64,000 nucleotides of DNA from NCBI GenBank assembly GCA_000708835.1, contig DF237293.1, positions 1-64,000 on the forward strand, in the 5' to 3' direction. Each line of letters opens with the position of its first letter. Position 1 is the stretch's first letter. Source of the stretch: Klebsormidium nitens (taxonomy: Eukaryota; Plantae; Klebsormidiophyceae). A model generated the notes under the pieces. The model worked only from the letters and a program-made list of their open reading frames with translations, did not search any database and was not told the DNA's origin. This document shows, one piece after another, positions 1-12,013 of this stretch. Position numbers and translations under genes: made by a program.

Positions 1-132
1 TTGATTAGCTGCCCACCGTCTTTTAATTACCGTCACTGTCTGGTCCGAGGGGGATCATCTCTGCTATTAATGGTCACCCAAGCCTTCCGACCTCCGCCTA
101 TGGCCCCGCATGCGGTCCAGACTCCAGTAGCT

Positions 133-178
133 AGTAGGTCAGTAGGTCAGTAGATCAGTAGAGGATCAGTAGGTCAGT
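133..178. repeat. Short imperfect tandem repeat, 8-mer (GTAGGTCA) about 5 copies
   Basis: gtaggtcagtaggtcagtagatcagtagaggatcagtaggtcagt read directly, upstream of the thioredoxin-like gene. Confidence 0.7.
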
Positions 179-439
179 TGCCCGTCAGTTGGTGGATGAA
201 TGGTGGCGAGCGAACTAGTACCTCGTGGCGTGACGGTGAGGGCAGCTTTCATGCTGTCAAGTTTCAGCTGGACAGCTGAGCAAGATTCCGGTCACAGAGA
301 AGTTGAAGGGTGTCTAGTGTCCAGCATTTTCTGTCAGTCCCTAGCCTATTGTCTCGATAGGTACATATCTTTCACATTGCAGAGGTCCTTCTAACCTCGG
401 AGCGACCGGCAGCCTCCTCCGAAGTTCTTCCTCACAGCC

Positions 440-2301
440 ATGGCTGCTGCGCGCTCCTTCCTTGCGCTTCTCCTGCTGACAGCGGCAACTGCTGCCTTTG
501 CGCATGCCGACGAAGGCCGCGCCTTTGACATCACGACAGCCGCGAGTACGCCGCGCAAGGTGCTGAATGGCGGGTCAGATGGTGAGTTGCCAAGAAGTGG
601 TAGCGGAGACTAGTAGCTCGAAGTCCTCTGATGTGCTCAATGGCAGACTCTGCTCAAGTCTTCTGGCTGCAGGGTCCCTGACATTCCTTTAGCGCTGTAC
701 ACTCCCACGGTTGGATGGATGGGCCATCATGATGGATTAGGTACATTGAATCTGTCCAAGCTCAGCTCAAAATTCTTATGACATGTACGATCAGCTTAGA
801 AGCATGGAGATTTGCAAGAGGATCTGTTGGAATCCTCGGGCTCTAGGTCACTGGTCACTGATCACATATCAGAAAATTCGGGGAGGGATGCAGGTTTTCC
901 TCTATGTGACTTGCATGCACATTTTTCTTACTTCGTGGTGTTGCTTGCATTGTCTGACACACACGAATGATCACCTGAAACACAATCACAAATGAAGCTG
1001 CAGATACCGTATAATCTTGCTCCTCTTTCAAAAGAAGAGAATAAAGCTCTCCTACACACATTAATGCAAATCGACATGAATTCCTTCTGTCTGTTTGATC
1101 AAGAAAGCAACGCGGTGTAATGTTGGGTCTGGCCCCTTCAAATATGTGTGACCTCTATTTCAGGGCACTTGGCTTCAGCTGCCAGCCAGGCTGTCTCTGC
1201 GCTGAAGACCGCTGTGGAGGCCATCGAGAGTGTGTTGAACATCAATGCACCGGGAGCCCTCGGCGCGAGCAACGAGGTCAAGCAGCTGTCTGGCTTGGAT
1301 AACTTCAAGAGGGTCATCGCCACAGAAAAGAAGGCAAGTGTACACACTTAATGATGCATGGAAACAAAAGTTTCAGCCTGACCCCTGATGGTGTTACGCA
1401 GTCCACACCATCACTCAAGTTTGACGCACGCCTCGTCATGCAGTCATGATATGTTCTGGATTGAAGGTGCCAGGTTTGAGTGTTCGTTGAAGCATTGGCG
1501 CACTGCACTCACTTTTGTCAACTTGGCACTCTCGTCCATTCCTTGTGTCCACATGTGTTGCCTCTCTTCTTACAGGTGGTGGTCATGTTCACGGCAAACA
1601 AGAAGTGTCGTGGCTGTAAAGCTATAGAGAGTGTTTATGCAGATATGTCCGAAGATTATGCGGCAGTGGCGTTCTACATCGTCGACGCTGATGCCGAGGA
1701 GGTTAGTGCTAGCCCTTTTTATGACGATTATTTTCCCAAGAACTTCGTATTGATTGCCTCATGGTTGGCTGGAGGATGGTACAAATACCGAAGGTTTAGG
1801 TGACTCGTTGGGTTTCGCATTCAAGTCGCGCAATCTGCTATATTGTTTCCTGATCTGTGTAACTTTATCCACTACAGGTTTACGAGTTACAATTGAAAAT
1901 CATAGCAGCAACTATCTTGCAGTCTGCAAAAGCAACTCTCAGCTCGTGTCTTTCATGAATGGACTCTTGATGAAAGATCTTAGGATTCTAAGACCATCCT
2001 AGGCTCGTCCGAATTCTAATCGAGCTAATGTCCGAGAAAATACCTCCTTGTTGTGAGTGGTGCTTTCAAGAATGCTTCCTTCTCCTGCGCCGCACGGGGC
2101 ATTTGTGTAACTTCAGAGTTGAAGCACATAAGTGGCTAACGTAATTTACCATGTACACAGGAAATTGCCGCGAGCTTCGCCGACCTGTTGTACCGCCTGC
2201 CTGCGGTCATTGCATTCAAAGACGGAGATCAATTTGGATACGCTATTGGACAAGACGTGCTGGGAGATCTTGTACACTTGCTGGAGCGGCTCGTGGCTTG
2301 A
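440..2301 (+). CDS. Thioredoxin-like protein with N-terminal signal peptide, 192 aa, 4 exons (440-581, 1164-1333, 1576-1701, 2161-2301)
   Basis: Spliced translation MAAARSFLALLLLTAATAAFAHA...EVKQLSGLDNFKRVIATEKK|VVVMFTANKKCRGCKAIESVYADMSEDYAAVAFYIVDADAEE|EIAASFADLLYRLPAVIAFKDGDQFGYAIGQDVLGDLVHLLERLVA* follows the thioredoxin fold pattern with a CxxC (CRGC). Phases are consistent. Intron 2 needs a GC donor (GCAAGT at 1334). Confidence 0.8.
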
Positions 2302-3528
2302 GTGTCGGGAGGATTTGCACCAGCTGGCCCGATGATGAACCTCAAACCCCAAGCAGGAAAAACTCTCAAGATTTTAATCATCCGCCCTAATCATGTTGAA
2401 TAGGCGACCCCACAGTTAGTTCAAGGATCTCTATTGGTTGAATGCCGCCTGTAAGTCGAATGTAGTAAGCTCTGAGGGCACCGCTCTACTTGGACTCTGT
2501 GTTGATCTTCAATTGTGACAGGGATGTTTTTGGAATTGCGTTTCTCCAATTTTGTCTAGAATTCACACAGAGCGATTCATGCATGTTCAGTAAACCTGAT
2601 GAGTCGGTTATTGTTGTATGATGTTCAACTGTGCGTTTTGCTAGTCGTTGATAAGCGGCGCGCAGCCTTCGTTTGAGTATGGCAACATGACACACTTCCC
2701 TTGAGATTACGGGGGGTAGAGACCTACTCTACGGCCATGCACATGTCGGATCGTTTCAAGTTTACAACAAACATTGACTGCATGGTGATTCCTTGACGGA
2801 TCGACATCCAGCTAGGGAAGTCTAGGGCACTCTTATTGCACTACAATAGAGCGCGCGCGCCGAACGCTTAGTTACCAACTTTGCATCTAAGTTCGGCAAT
2901 GCGCAACAGTAATTACCTAGTCAAAGACGAGAATCGATTGCATGCATAAGGCATGCACTGGGCATAATCTGTGAAATGAGGGGAAATCAGCTGCCTCCTC
3001 GCGATCGAATATCGTTTCCTTAGCAGTATATCAAATCGGCGTCTCTGCCCATGCAGCCGCATGGTGACGCTTCGGCCAGCGCTCGTATCATGATGTGTTC
3101 TACAATTGCATGCAAACATAAACGACGTATCTGTTCATTCTGTGCTACCGTGCTATCATGCATGATTTCCACACCGTTGAGCAAAGATTGGTTGTGATAA
3201 ACCATGGCACAGGGAAGATACGAACACGAACAATCCTACGGCGCTGACAGCTACTTACGCAGAATGTTACGCAAAGACAGTTGGCATAAGCCTCATCTTG
3301 GATCGATGTAAAAAGCGGCTTGCTGATCAAAGTTGCACGCATACTCAGGATGCTCTAAATTATGCCGCCCAACCTTCCAAGAGCTGTGGACGCTCTTGGT
3401 TCGACACAAGAAACATTCCCGCGTCATTCCGTTTTTCCTACTTTATCAAACAGTACTTATGCAGTCGTGCCATGCGACAGATCGAACCCATCCTGTCGTT
3501 TACCGGGCCGCGCAGCAACAGACGTACG

Positions 3529-6500
3529 TCAATGAGCACAAGCAGTTCCAACTTCGTCCCTGCGTTTCAGCAGTCCGTTAAGAGCCTTCTCAACGCCTGG
3601 CACCTCACGCAGTCTTGTTCCGTAGGGCAGACCTGCACATATCCAATGTATGGTGCTTGGGGTCTGGTTAACGGGCTTGTTAGGGCGACCAAGTTTTGAA
3701 AGTAGACCTCGGCCTTGCTCGTACAATTGCAAATCGGACTCCTGACAATATTACGTCGGAGCAGTGAAAAGCTCGTGAGATTCCTTTCAGATGGACCGCT
3801 TCTGTCGCTTTGAGGCTGCTTCTCTGCTCATAAGTCGTATGTCCAAATGAATGGTATGAATGCTTAGGTGACTGGACCTGAGCACTAGTGAGAGTAGCCC
3901 AACGTGAAACTAGACCGAATCTCGGAAAGCGGAAAACAAAGTTTGCAACAGCAATCCTGGCACAGTACCAAACGGGCCTTTGAAGGGGTTCGATTCGAAC
4001 GTCTTACTATGATTCCAATGAACAAGCAATTTTTAGACTGATACCGGGGGCCTTTGAAGCCTTCCGCTAGGTTCGCAGTCAGTGTGAAAGGTTCTCACCG
4101 CGGAAAAGGAGCTCGTCCCCGAAATCGTCCTTCAGTGCTTTGATGAGCGCATTCACACTCGTAGCGCTCTCTAGGACAGCCTGATCTAACCGCATTTGCT
4201 CTTCCAAGAGCTGAAGTTGGGAAGTCCCTTGGAGTGGTTGGAAAGCGGTAGAGTTGGCGCAACCCCACTCCTGCGAGTTGGAACGCGTGAGTTTCGTTAC
4301 GAATGACAAAGGAAAGTCGTCCTGCAAGGCGCTTGTCTTGATCCGAGTTCAAAAGTATTCAGCAAGAGGTGGAACTTTAAATGGAGAAGCTGCCGCACAA
4401 TCCACAGAGTTCCCAGCCCTGCAATATCCGACAAGACTGTGAGGACGTTGGGAGGCCTTGTTGAAGCTTTCAGACCGTGAAGACAGTCACCAGAAGGGAA
4501 CGTTATCAGTTTGCTCCTCAGTACTTAGAACCAGATCCCAAATTCCGTTTTCCTCTCGTTTCTCTGTTCTTTGGACGCAAGATTGTGCCGAATTCAACGT
4601 CCGGATTGAAGCTCCGAGTCGCTCCTCGCTCACCTCTTGCGCGCGCTCGTGCGCGAGCACCGCGGCCGCCGCGCGCTCCCAGCACTGCAGGGCGCCCTCC
4701 AGCAGACACGTGTTCCCCCGTGACGTATATTTTATTACCATGTCCACCTTTGCTGACGTCGGCGTCTCCAAGACAGCCCAAACCCTCTCCAGCCGCGCCT
4801 GGAGCATCTCTGCAACGCTCTCCCAGTCCGGGCGTTCTGGACCGGACGGTTCCGCTTCCAGCTCCTCGACAGAACCGTCGTTCCGCTCTGGCACCGCCGG
4901 AAAGGGCTCCCCTTCCGAGGTTCCCGTAAAGACATCGTCTTCAGAGTCCGCAAGATACTCCCCGAATTCGGAGCCGTCAGGCAGAAGTTCCTCGCTGTCG
5001 ATTCCGCTGAGTTCAACAGCAGAAGGAACGGATTCCGGTTGCTCCGAGTATTCGGCGGCATTGGTTTCCGGTGCGAAGGTCAGACGTGCGGACGAGAGGC
5101 TGCTCTCCAAGGCCGCCCAGCCCTGTGCGGTGCGAGTTCGATAGCACGGCGGTTGCCTTCCGCTCGTTCCGGCTTCCGTTTCCTTCCGATTCCGCTGGAG
5201 CGCGGCCACCTGTTCCTCCTTTATCGCCAGCTGCATCAAGAAATGTATTGTCTGGTTTAGCCTTTGGTAAAATCTGGCGTCGATCGGATTCAAGGGCCCA
5301 TCTGCGATAATCTTGAAGAATGATAGAGCTCAAATGATGACGTGCTATCAGTCGTTCGTGACGGGTACAGACCTTGATTGAGCGACCTTTTACGTGCGCG
5401 TAATTGGACAAGGGACAAGGGACAAGGGGTGAGAACCTGACACTTTCCGGTTGATGCAGAACGTAGCCCTTGGCATCGAGAGCAACGGGGCTCACTTCAA
5501 AAGTGGAAGTGAGTTACCCACCAAGCGCCAGAGATATGATCAGGATAGGAATATGCTACGCCGCTCTTGGCAAACCTGATGTGACGTCAGTCCTCAATTG
5601 TCTGGAACCCCTCCGTCTCTGAATCCTCCAGTTCCGGCAGCGGAATCCAATAAGATGATTCCGCAAGACTCTTGTGATCAGAATCCCGAAACCAAATCAC
5701 AATAACAGCGCCCACCTTTCCAGCGCGGTCGATGAGGTCAGCAGCAACATCTATACGCAGAGACTCTCCCCCTCCGGAAGAGCGACGCCCCAAGCTTGCC
5801 CTCCCCTCTTCCTGTCGCCCTCGCGAGCCGCTTTTCTGCCGCGACATCGTGCGGCTAGGAGCTCTTTCAGAGCTGTAAGTTTGACCTCTGGCCCCCGACC
5901 CGCCTGTACTCTTCTCCGCTTTCTTCCGCTCCGTTCCGTTCTCCGTTCCGTTTTCCGTTCCGGTCTCTCGATCTGCGCCCGCTGCAGACGCACCCGTTAG
6001 CACATCCGCGTCGCTTCGCAAACTCCCTGTTAAACCTCGTAACCCGGCTTCCCCTTTAAAACCCCTTCTTAACCCTTCCGTCTGCTGAACACCCTTCTCG
6101 CCAACAGACTCTTCCTTCGCCCCGCTCGCGCCGTCCAAACCTTCCAAACCCTCTTCTGCCTCCGCGCAGTAGCCGCGCGCGAAACGCGCGAGCCGCGTCG
6201 CTTCGACGCGCGCCAATACCTCCCCCTCGGTCGCTTGGACGCGCGCACGAAACCGCGCCACGATTTCGTCCTTGGCCCGCCGCGCAGCTTCCTCCGTTTG
6301 CTCTGCGTCACGAACAATCTCAATCCCGTTAGCACAAGTATATCTGCACTGAGGTGCAATAACCTGGATTTGCACGTATTGAAACCTTTTGCCTTCCGAT
6401 ACGGAGCGGATCGTTGTAAGTGAGGAAAGGATTTAGGTGGAGCGGAATCCCCGAGCTCGCTCCTCTCGACTTTAATCTCAAAAACAGCTGCAAAGAACTT

Positions 6501-9500
6501 GGAACGGATCCTACATTTACCTGCCTAATCAAGGCACAACCTCGAGTCGCATCACCCTCTCACATACAACTGCTCAATTTGTACCTCTAAGGTGCCTCAG
6601 GAAGGCGACTTTGCTAGCCTGGAGCCTCTTTCCTGATCGCCGAAATATTCATTTCTGACATTACGGTCGGTGGCGACAATCAAGCCCAGCGTCCTGCTCT
6701 ACCGTTACCGTGTCCTGCTCCAGCCCTGTTTGACAGGGCGTTGCTATGTTTCCATCGTATGTTGGGGGCTGGGCAGAATATTAGGTGGTTGTTCCGTTTT
6801 GAGACCAGATACATCAACGCGACCGTCTGTCGCGTGTGCTTATTTCTTCCGAGCGCGCTCGTCCTGGCTTTGCACCGCCCGGAGTGTAGGTGCTGACGTC
6901 ACACGCTAGAAAAGGCTGGCGGTACGTACCGTGCACCTTCTCCGCGAGCGCCCGCGTCCTCTCCAGCGTCAGCAGGTCCAGCTTCGACGGCTGTGACGTC
7001 AGCACCGTCTTCCGCCGCGTCAGCCGCCGCATCGTCGCGCGGCGCGTGAGCCGGCGCTGTGACGTCAGCCGGATGGTCTGATTCTGGGGTGACCCCAGCG
7101 TGTCGTCCTGAGGAAGAAGGATAAATGATTGCGGTGAATGCATGGATAATATAAGAGGTCGTGAGCGCCATCGTGACTCGGCGACGCATCAGAACACTAC
7201 ACGTTCTCCTCAGTCGCTGCGAAAAGCCCACAAGATTCTTCAGGGCGACTGTTGTGATCAGATCGTTGCGAAGAGATCGCCCAAGCCCTCTTCGTGAACC
7301 CTCGTTTTTCAGTGACATTTGTGTGCGCAAAAGGCAACTTCTCCCGAAGCAGTCTAACACTTTGTACTTCTTAGAGTATTCGTGACCGCTCAGTCTTCTG
7401 ATTGACATCCGGCGCAGGAGCGATTGATTTGTGCCAGATGATTGCAACCCTTAAGGAGAACACTAAACTACCATTTAACAAATAAAGCCGGGCCACTCAC
7501 GTTAAGGATCCTGTCGAGTTTGTTGTGTAGGCCCGGGGGAGGAGGAGGTGGAGCCACAACGAAAGCCTGCTTTTCCGTTTTGAGCTCCGGCTTCGGAGTC
7601 GCGTGACTGCTATGGGTCGCGCTCTTCAGCCTGCCGGAGCGAACCAGATTCCGTTTACTATTCTTTTTATTCTTTTTGTTTATCATTGAATCTCGATCAT
7701 CGTTTGTCAACGTCGACTGTGGACTGTCGACTGTCGACCGTCGATTGTCGATTGTCGATTGTCGATTGTCTTCTATTAGTATTCCTTTCCTGATAATGGA
7801 TCAGTGATAACACGAACTGTTCTAGACGGATTCACCCAAAGGACGCGGGTTGACGAATGTGGTGAACGATTCGTTCAGGTCATTATACCTGGGCATTGGA
7901 AAGCCATTCCTGTTGTCTCTCATCCGGTTCTGCCCAATCTGTATCTTCCTTCACGAGAAACAGTATGCAGACCACCTAGGCACATTTCGGACCCTTATAG
8001 AGAGTTGAGGGATGGAGACCCAGAGTGCGGCCATCTTTTCCTACCACCCTTTTTGTTTGTAGCCTTTGAAGTCTGTTTCGTCCCAGCGTGCAGCCTTTGA
8101 AATCGTACAACTAAAGTCCCCAACGTCTTTTCTGGTTCCACTTTCAATTCTTACTCCACCACATTATTTACAAGCGAGCAAACTCTGGAATGCCCATTCT
8201 GAATCGTAAATTCGCGGCTGCCGCCAGGAAACAGCGCCCTGGGTTCCTTTAAGCTCCCGTCCAGTGTCTCGGGGCACGTGACGAACTTTTGACGTCAACT
8301 TTTGCTCACCTCTTTGCGAGCTCCACGTGGTAGATGGCCCGGGCGCGCACGATGCTGACGTGTGGCTTGAACACTCCAAGGGCATTAAACTCTGAACACA
8401 AGAAGACGCTTCAAAGTCTAGTTGATCTCTCAGCTCACAAATCTAAGTATGGTGCGCGGTCCACAGATTCTTGGATTTTTCTTGGCCGTTGTAGGATCTC
8501 ATACTATTGTCAAATCAGTGAAGACGCCTTGGAAGCATCAACCAGCAAAAGGAGAGATTGTCTTTCGCAAGTGGTGCGCTTTACCTTACGTGCCTAAAGC
8601 GTGAGCCTCCAAAGGAAACCAGCACTGGTCTTGCAGAAGATGCCGATGCTTCATATCTTCTCCCTTTGAAATTCAAACTTCGCATTGGCCCTCTCACAAG
8701 AGCGTGACTGCTCAGCGTATCACTTTCACATATTGGACAAACATTACTTTTTCGAGCACTTTTGAACTCTGCAATCCACATCTGAATCTCTGAATCCATT
8801 TCGTCGACGTTCTCGCGACTCCGAAATGAGCCGCTTCTCAATCGAAGAACAGATGCTCATCCGTGAAGCAGCGAAAGAAGTAACAGCCACAATCAAGGCA
8901 AGCAAAGCAAGCACGGTTAATATCTCACTCCTGATCCGGTCCTCTTGTCTCTCTAGCAGCTCCACTTTGTCCCTCTCGACCACTGCCGACACCCCCGCGC
9001 CATCGGGAAGCGTCCGGAAACTGCCCGTCAGCTTTTCCAGCTGCCGCGTCAGCTGGGCCGTCGACCGCCGCGCTCGGGTCGGCGGGGCTGCATCACGGTC
9101 CAAGGCACGATGTCAGCATGATGTCAGCATGATGTCAGCAGGACAATAGAATGCGTTTCCAAGAGTGCCACATCTGCTGGGACGTCGACCGCCGCGCTCG
9201 GATCAGGGGCGCTGCATTCAATGCGACCGAGCAGCCAGTCTGACGTCATCATGTGATGTCAGCATGAGCAGGATATTGGCTTTAGGGAAGCTTGTACAGC
9301 TGCTGCGGAGCTGGCTGGTCGGTCGGTGCGCTCGGGTCGGGGTTGCAGATGATATGGCGGGAGGCAAGAACAACGTCAGCAGGCGGTCAGTATGATGTTA
9401 TCGAGCTCAAAGATAAGGCGGGGTGTCGCTTCAGGTTTATCATGTATCGTGAGGGCGGTTGTGAGAATATGCTTCTAAGGAACTTGACATACGGAACAGT

Positions 9501-10870
9501 CTCGTTTGGGCCTAAGGTCCAAAGTGTCACCAGGTGACTTCCAATTGTCTTGCAAACACTGAAAGTCCCGTGGATCTGTAGTATTGAACCGTCCTTGCAC
9601 CCCGATCCCAAGAATGTAAAGTTAAGCGGGTCTTCCCAAAAGGTACCGCTTTGACCGTTTCTCCTTTGGTTGCTTTCTGCAGTTCGTCAGTTGCGTGAGC
9701 TCAAAGCTTTCAGCTGATCCACCAAGCTGAACTTTCGGTTGAAGCCATGCAACTCTGATCTCTAAGTAATGAAGCGGAGACTTTGGAAGTTAAATAAAAA
9801 TTCACCTTCTTGTCGACTCCTTGGTCTTGGGGGCGCAGATTTGGCGGCAGCGCTTCGGGGGGATACAGGAGGCTGGCAGGGAACACAATTGGAGCAGGTC
9901 AGAATTCAAGTGCAAAAGCTGTAGGAGCAGAAGAGAGCCGTGAGGCGCTACGAAAGAGTTGACACCAGGGCGTCTGACAATACTAACTGGCTACTTAGAG
10001 CCTAGGAGTGTGTCATGGAAGGAAAGGCATCAGCTGTCTGTTGCGAACAGCCTTGGCATCTTCAGGTCAAAGTGAGCCTTCTTTGGACCGCAGGATCAGA
10101 CGGTTTGTGGGAGCAATCTGAGAAAGGGTGTCGTACCAAAACACTGTCGCTACGGATAATGGGCAACAGACAGCATGATCAGAAGGGCAAGTGCACCATT
10201 CAATCTTTGAAGTACAGCTTTTCTGCGTGCGTATTGCATTTCCTGCATACATCGATCCCTTGGTCTGAGTGGTGCACTGAACAGTTACCTTGCCTCAGTA
10301 CAAGAGTAAAGGGCTATGAATTAGGAACTCTTGACAGACTGAGATGCCGCAACAGTATCAGAAAAAGAAAGACTTTGATGAGGTGCTTAAAAGAGAGACA
10401 ATGAGGTCGCTTGAGCTTGGTTCGCCTCTGAGAGAGGAAGAAGCCGATCAAGCAGAGCAGGTAGGTTGTTTGAAGACTAGGAAAGGCCTGAAGGTGAATG
10501 CTTGGCAGTCAGGGCTGACTGTTGAGTTTTGAGATAGCTCAATCAGGGCCAGTTTGAAAAGACCTTCCCTAATGCTGAGCAACCATTCGACCATCAAAGC
10601 TGGTCTTCGCTTTCTTGCTCAGAACAGGACAATTGAGTCCTGTTAAGAGCTGAGCAATCTTCCAGTCAATTCCAATTAAGCATAGATTGGCTTGCTAAAA
10701 AGGAGTTGGTCTCTTGGGAGCTTCGGCTGACCTCTCACCTCAGTGACTGCTGCAAGCGGATGCACCGCTCTATTGTCCAAATGCGGCTCGCTGCCACTTT
10801 GCCAGCCATACCCTGCCAAGAAGCGGTGCGCCTCTTCCTCATTGTCCATTCTGATCACTCTCGGGTCGCC
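3529..10870 (-). CDS. Large multi-exon CCDC87-like protein (MAP65/ASE1-related C-terminal region); 5' extent and middle exons uncertain
   Basis: The last exons (5230-4634, 4210-4099, 3632-3529) splice in frame to ...LQARLERVWAVLETPTSAKVDMVIKYTS...LQCWERAAAAVLAHERAQELLEEQMRLDQ...ALKDDFGDELLFRGLPYGTRLRE...*. This resembles the CCDC87 C-terminal signature as I recall it (LERIW..L..P...RLDMAIKYS...WE...FG..VTF.GRPY). Further minus-strand exon candidates lie at about 5700-6340, 6940-7110, 7500-7640, 7885-7945, 8930-9087, 9803-9915 and 10739-10870. The start codon was not located. Confidence 0.55.
7712..7770. repeat. 7-mer tandem repeat (GATTGTC/GACTGTC) about 8 copies, intronic
   Basis: gtcgactgtggactgtcgactgtcgaccgtcgattgtcgattgtcgattgtcgattgtc read directly. 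Confidence 0.8.
9053..9400 (-). repeat. Three degenerate ~125-130 bp tandem units spanning a putative intron/exon junction
   Basis: The core TGCAG-CCCC..GACCCGAGCGCGGCGGTCGAC (minus strand) recurs with junctions at 9087, 9211 and about 9343 (third copy TGCAA). Each is preceded by GCTGACATCAT/GCTGACGT motifs. Confidence 0.7.
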
Positions 10871-12013
10871 CTATTTGGTTGTAAGAGTTGCTGTCTTTTC
10901 TGTCTCGGCGTTGAAGAAAAAGCGTTCGTATGCCTTGTTTGGTTCTACAGTGCTTCCAGTGAGTGAAGACGAATGCATGCGACTTATCACGTTCGTAAAC
11001 CCTGGCCTTGCAATCGCGTCTTCTTTCGCACCTCTGTGCCTTCTCTGTTCGGGTATGCCACCCGCTTCAAAACAAGTGCCATCATAGAGTCATTGCGGCA
11101 TATTTTTCACAGGATGTTTCCGCCGGTGTACATTCTGCTTGCAATACCCTGCCTTTCATGTAGATAACAACTCAAAGTCGCCTTTGTTTGTCGCCTTTGC
11201 TGTGCATGTTCTGGCAGTTTGCAAAAGCAGACGAATGTCTTCAAGGTGCCAAAATGATTACAATTCGGACTCAAGCGGAACCCTACCAGCTTCACTGCCG
11301 TCGCTCTGGGACCGTTACAGTCCAATATTTGTTTCACAGTGCTGGGGCGCTCTCAAGATTGACGCGTAACGCAGAGCAAAACCGGCACCGGCAAGTCCAG
11401 CGTCGATCGTCTAGGGTATGAGGGGGATCATCTCGGCTACGACTCGCATGGCGATTGCAAGGAGCGTCAGCGAGGGTGACCATCTCGCTTCAGCTAGCCG
11501 TTCAGAGCCACTCAAGTTCACCATCCTTGACCTTGATGGCTTGACAGACTCGCTCTGAACTCGCTGAAAGTATGCCGGGGATATTGAGAGCTGGAAGCAA
11601 ACATATCCATATAAGATTAGTGCCTGCAATCAACTAATCTTGAGCTGATCAGGTCAATCCTCATTCCCATTTTGCTCGCAGGAGGGTCGCTGTTCAAAAT
11701 GCAGACCTCTCCTTCGCGGCTTTTCCTCACAACCCGTATGCGTGCTATGCCGCTCCGACTTGCTCCCGTTCTTGACTGCTGTTTGAAATAAGGTGGAGGG
11801 CAGGCCGCGGCCGCCTGAGGATACATGCAAAAACTGTCTCTGTGCATATCGAAGGCTAGGAGTCTAAGACGTCAATTGCACTTTGGAGATAACCTGGACC
11901 AGAGCGCTGATCAGAAAGGCTTCAATGAACTAGAGTATTTCTCCAAACGGTTGCAACCAATCTTTTTCAAGCAGCTGCCTCGTGCGGCTCAAGTGGGACC
12001 ACCTCTTAGCAGC

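Noticed and set aside
4458-5144. 228-aa plus-strand Ser-rich ORF and other overlapping ORFs
   Set aside because: They mirror the acidic minus-strand exon of the CCDC87-like gene, which has the proper splice sites and family motifs.
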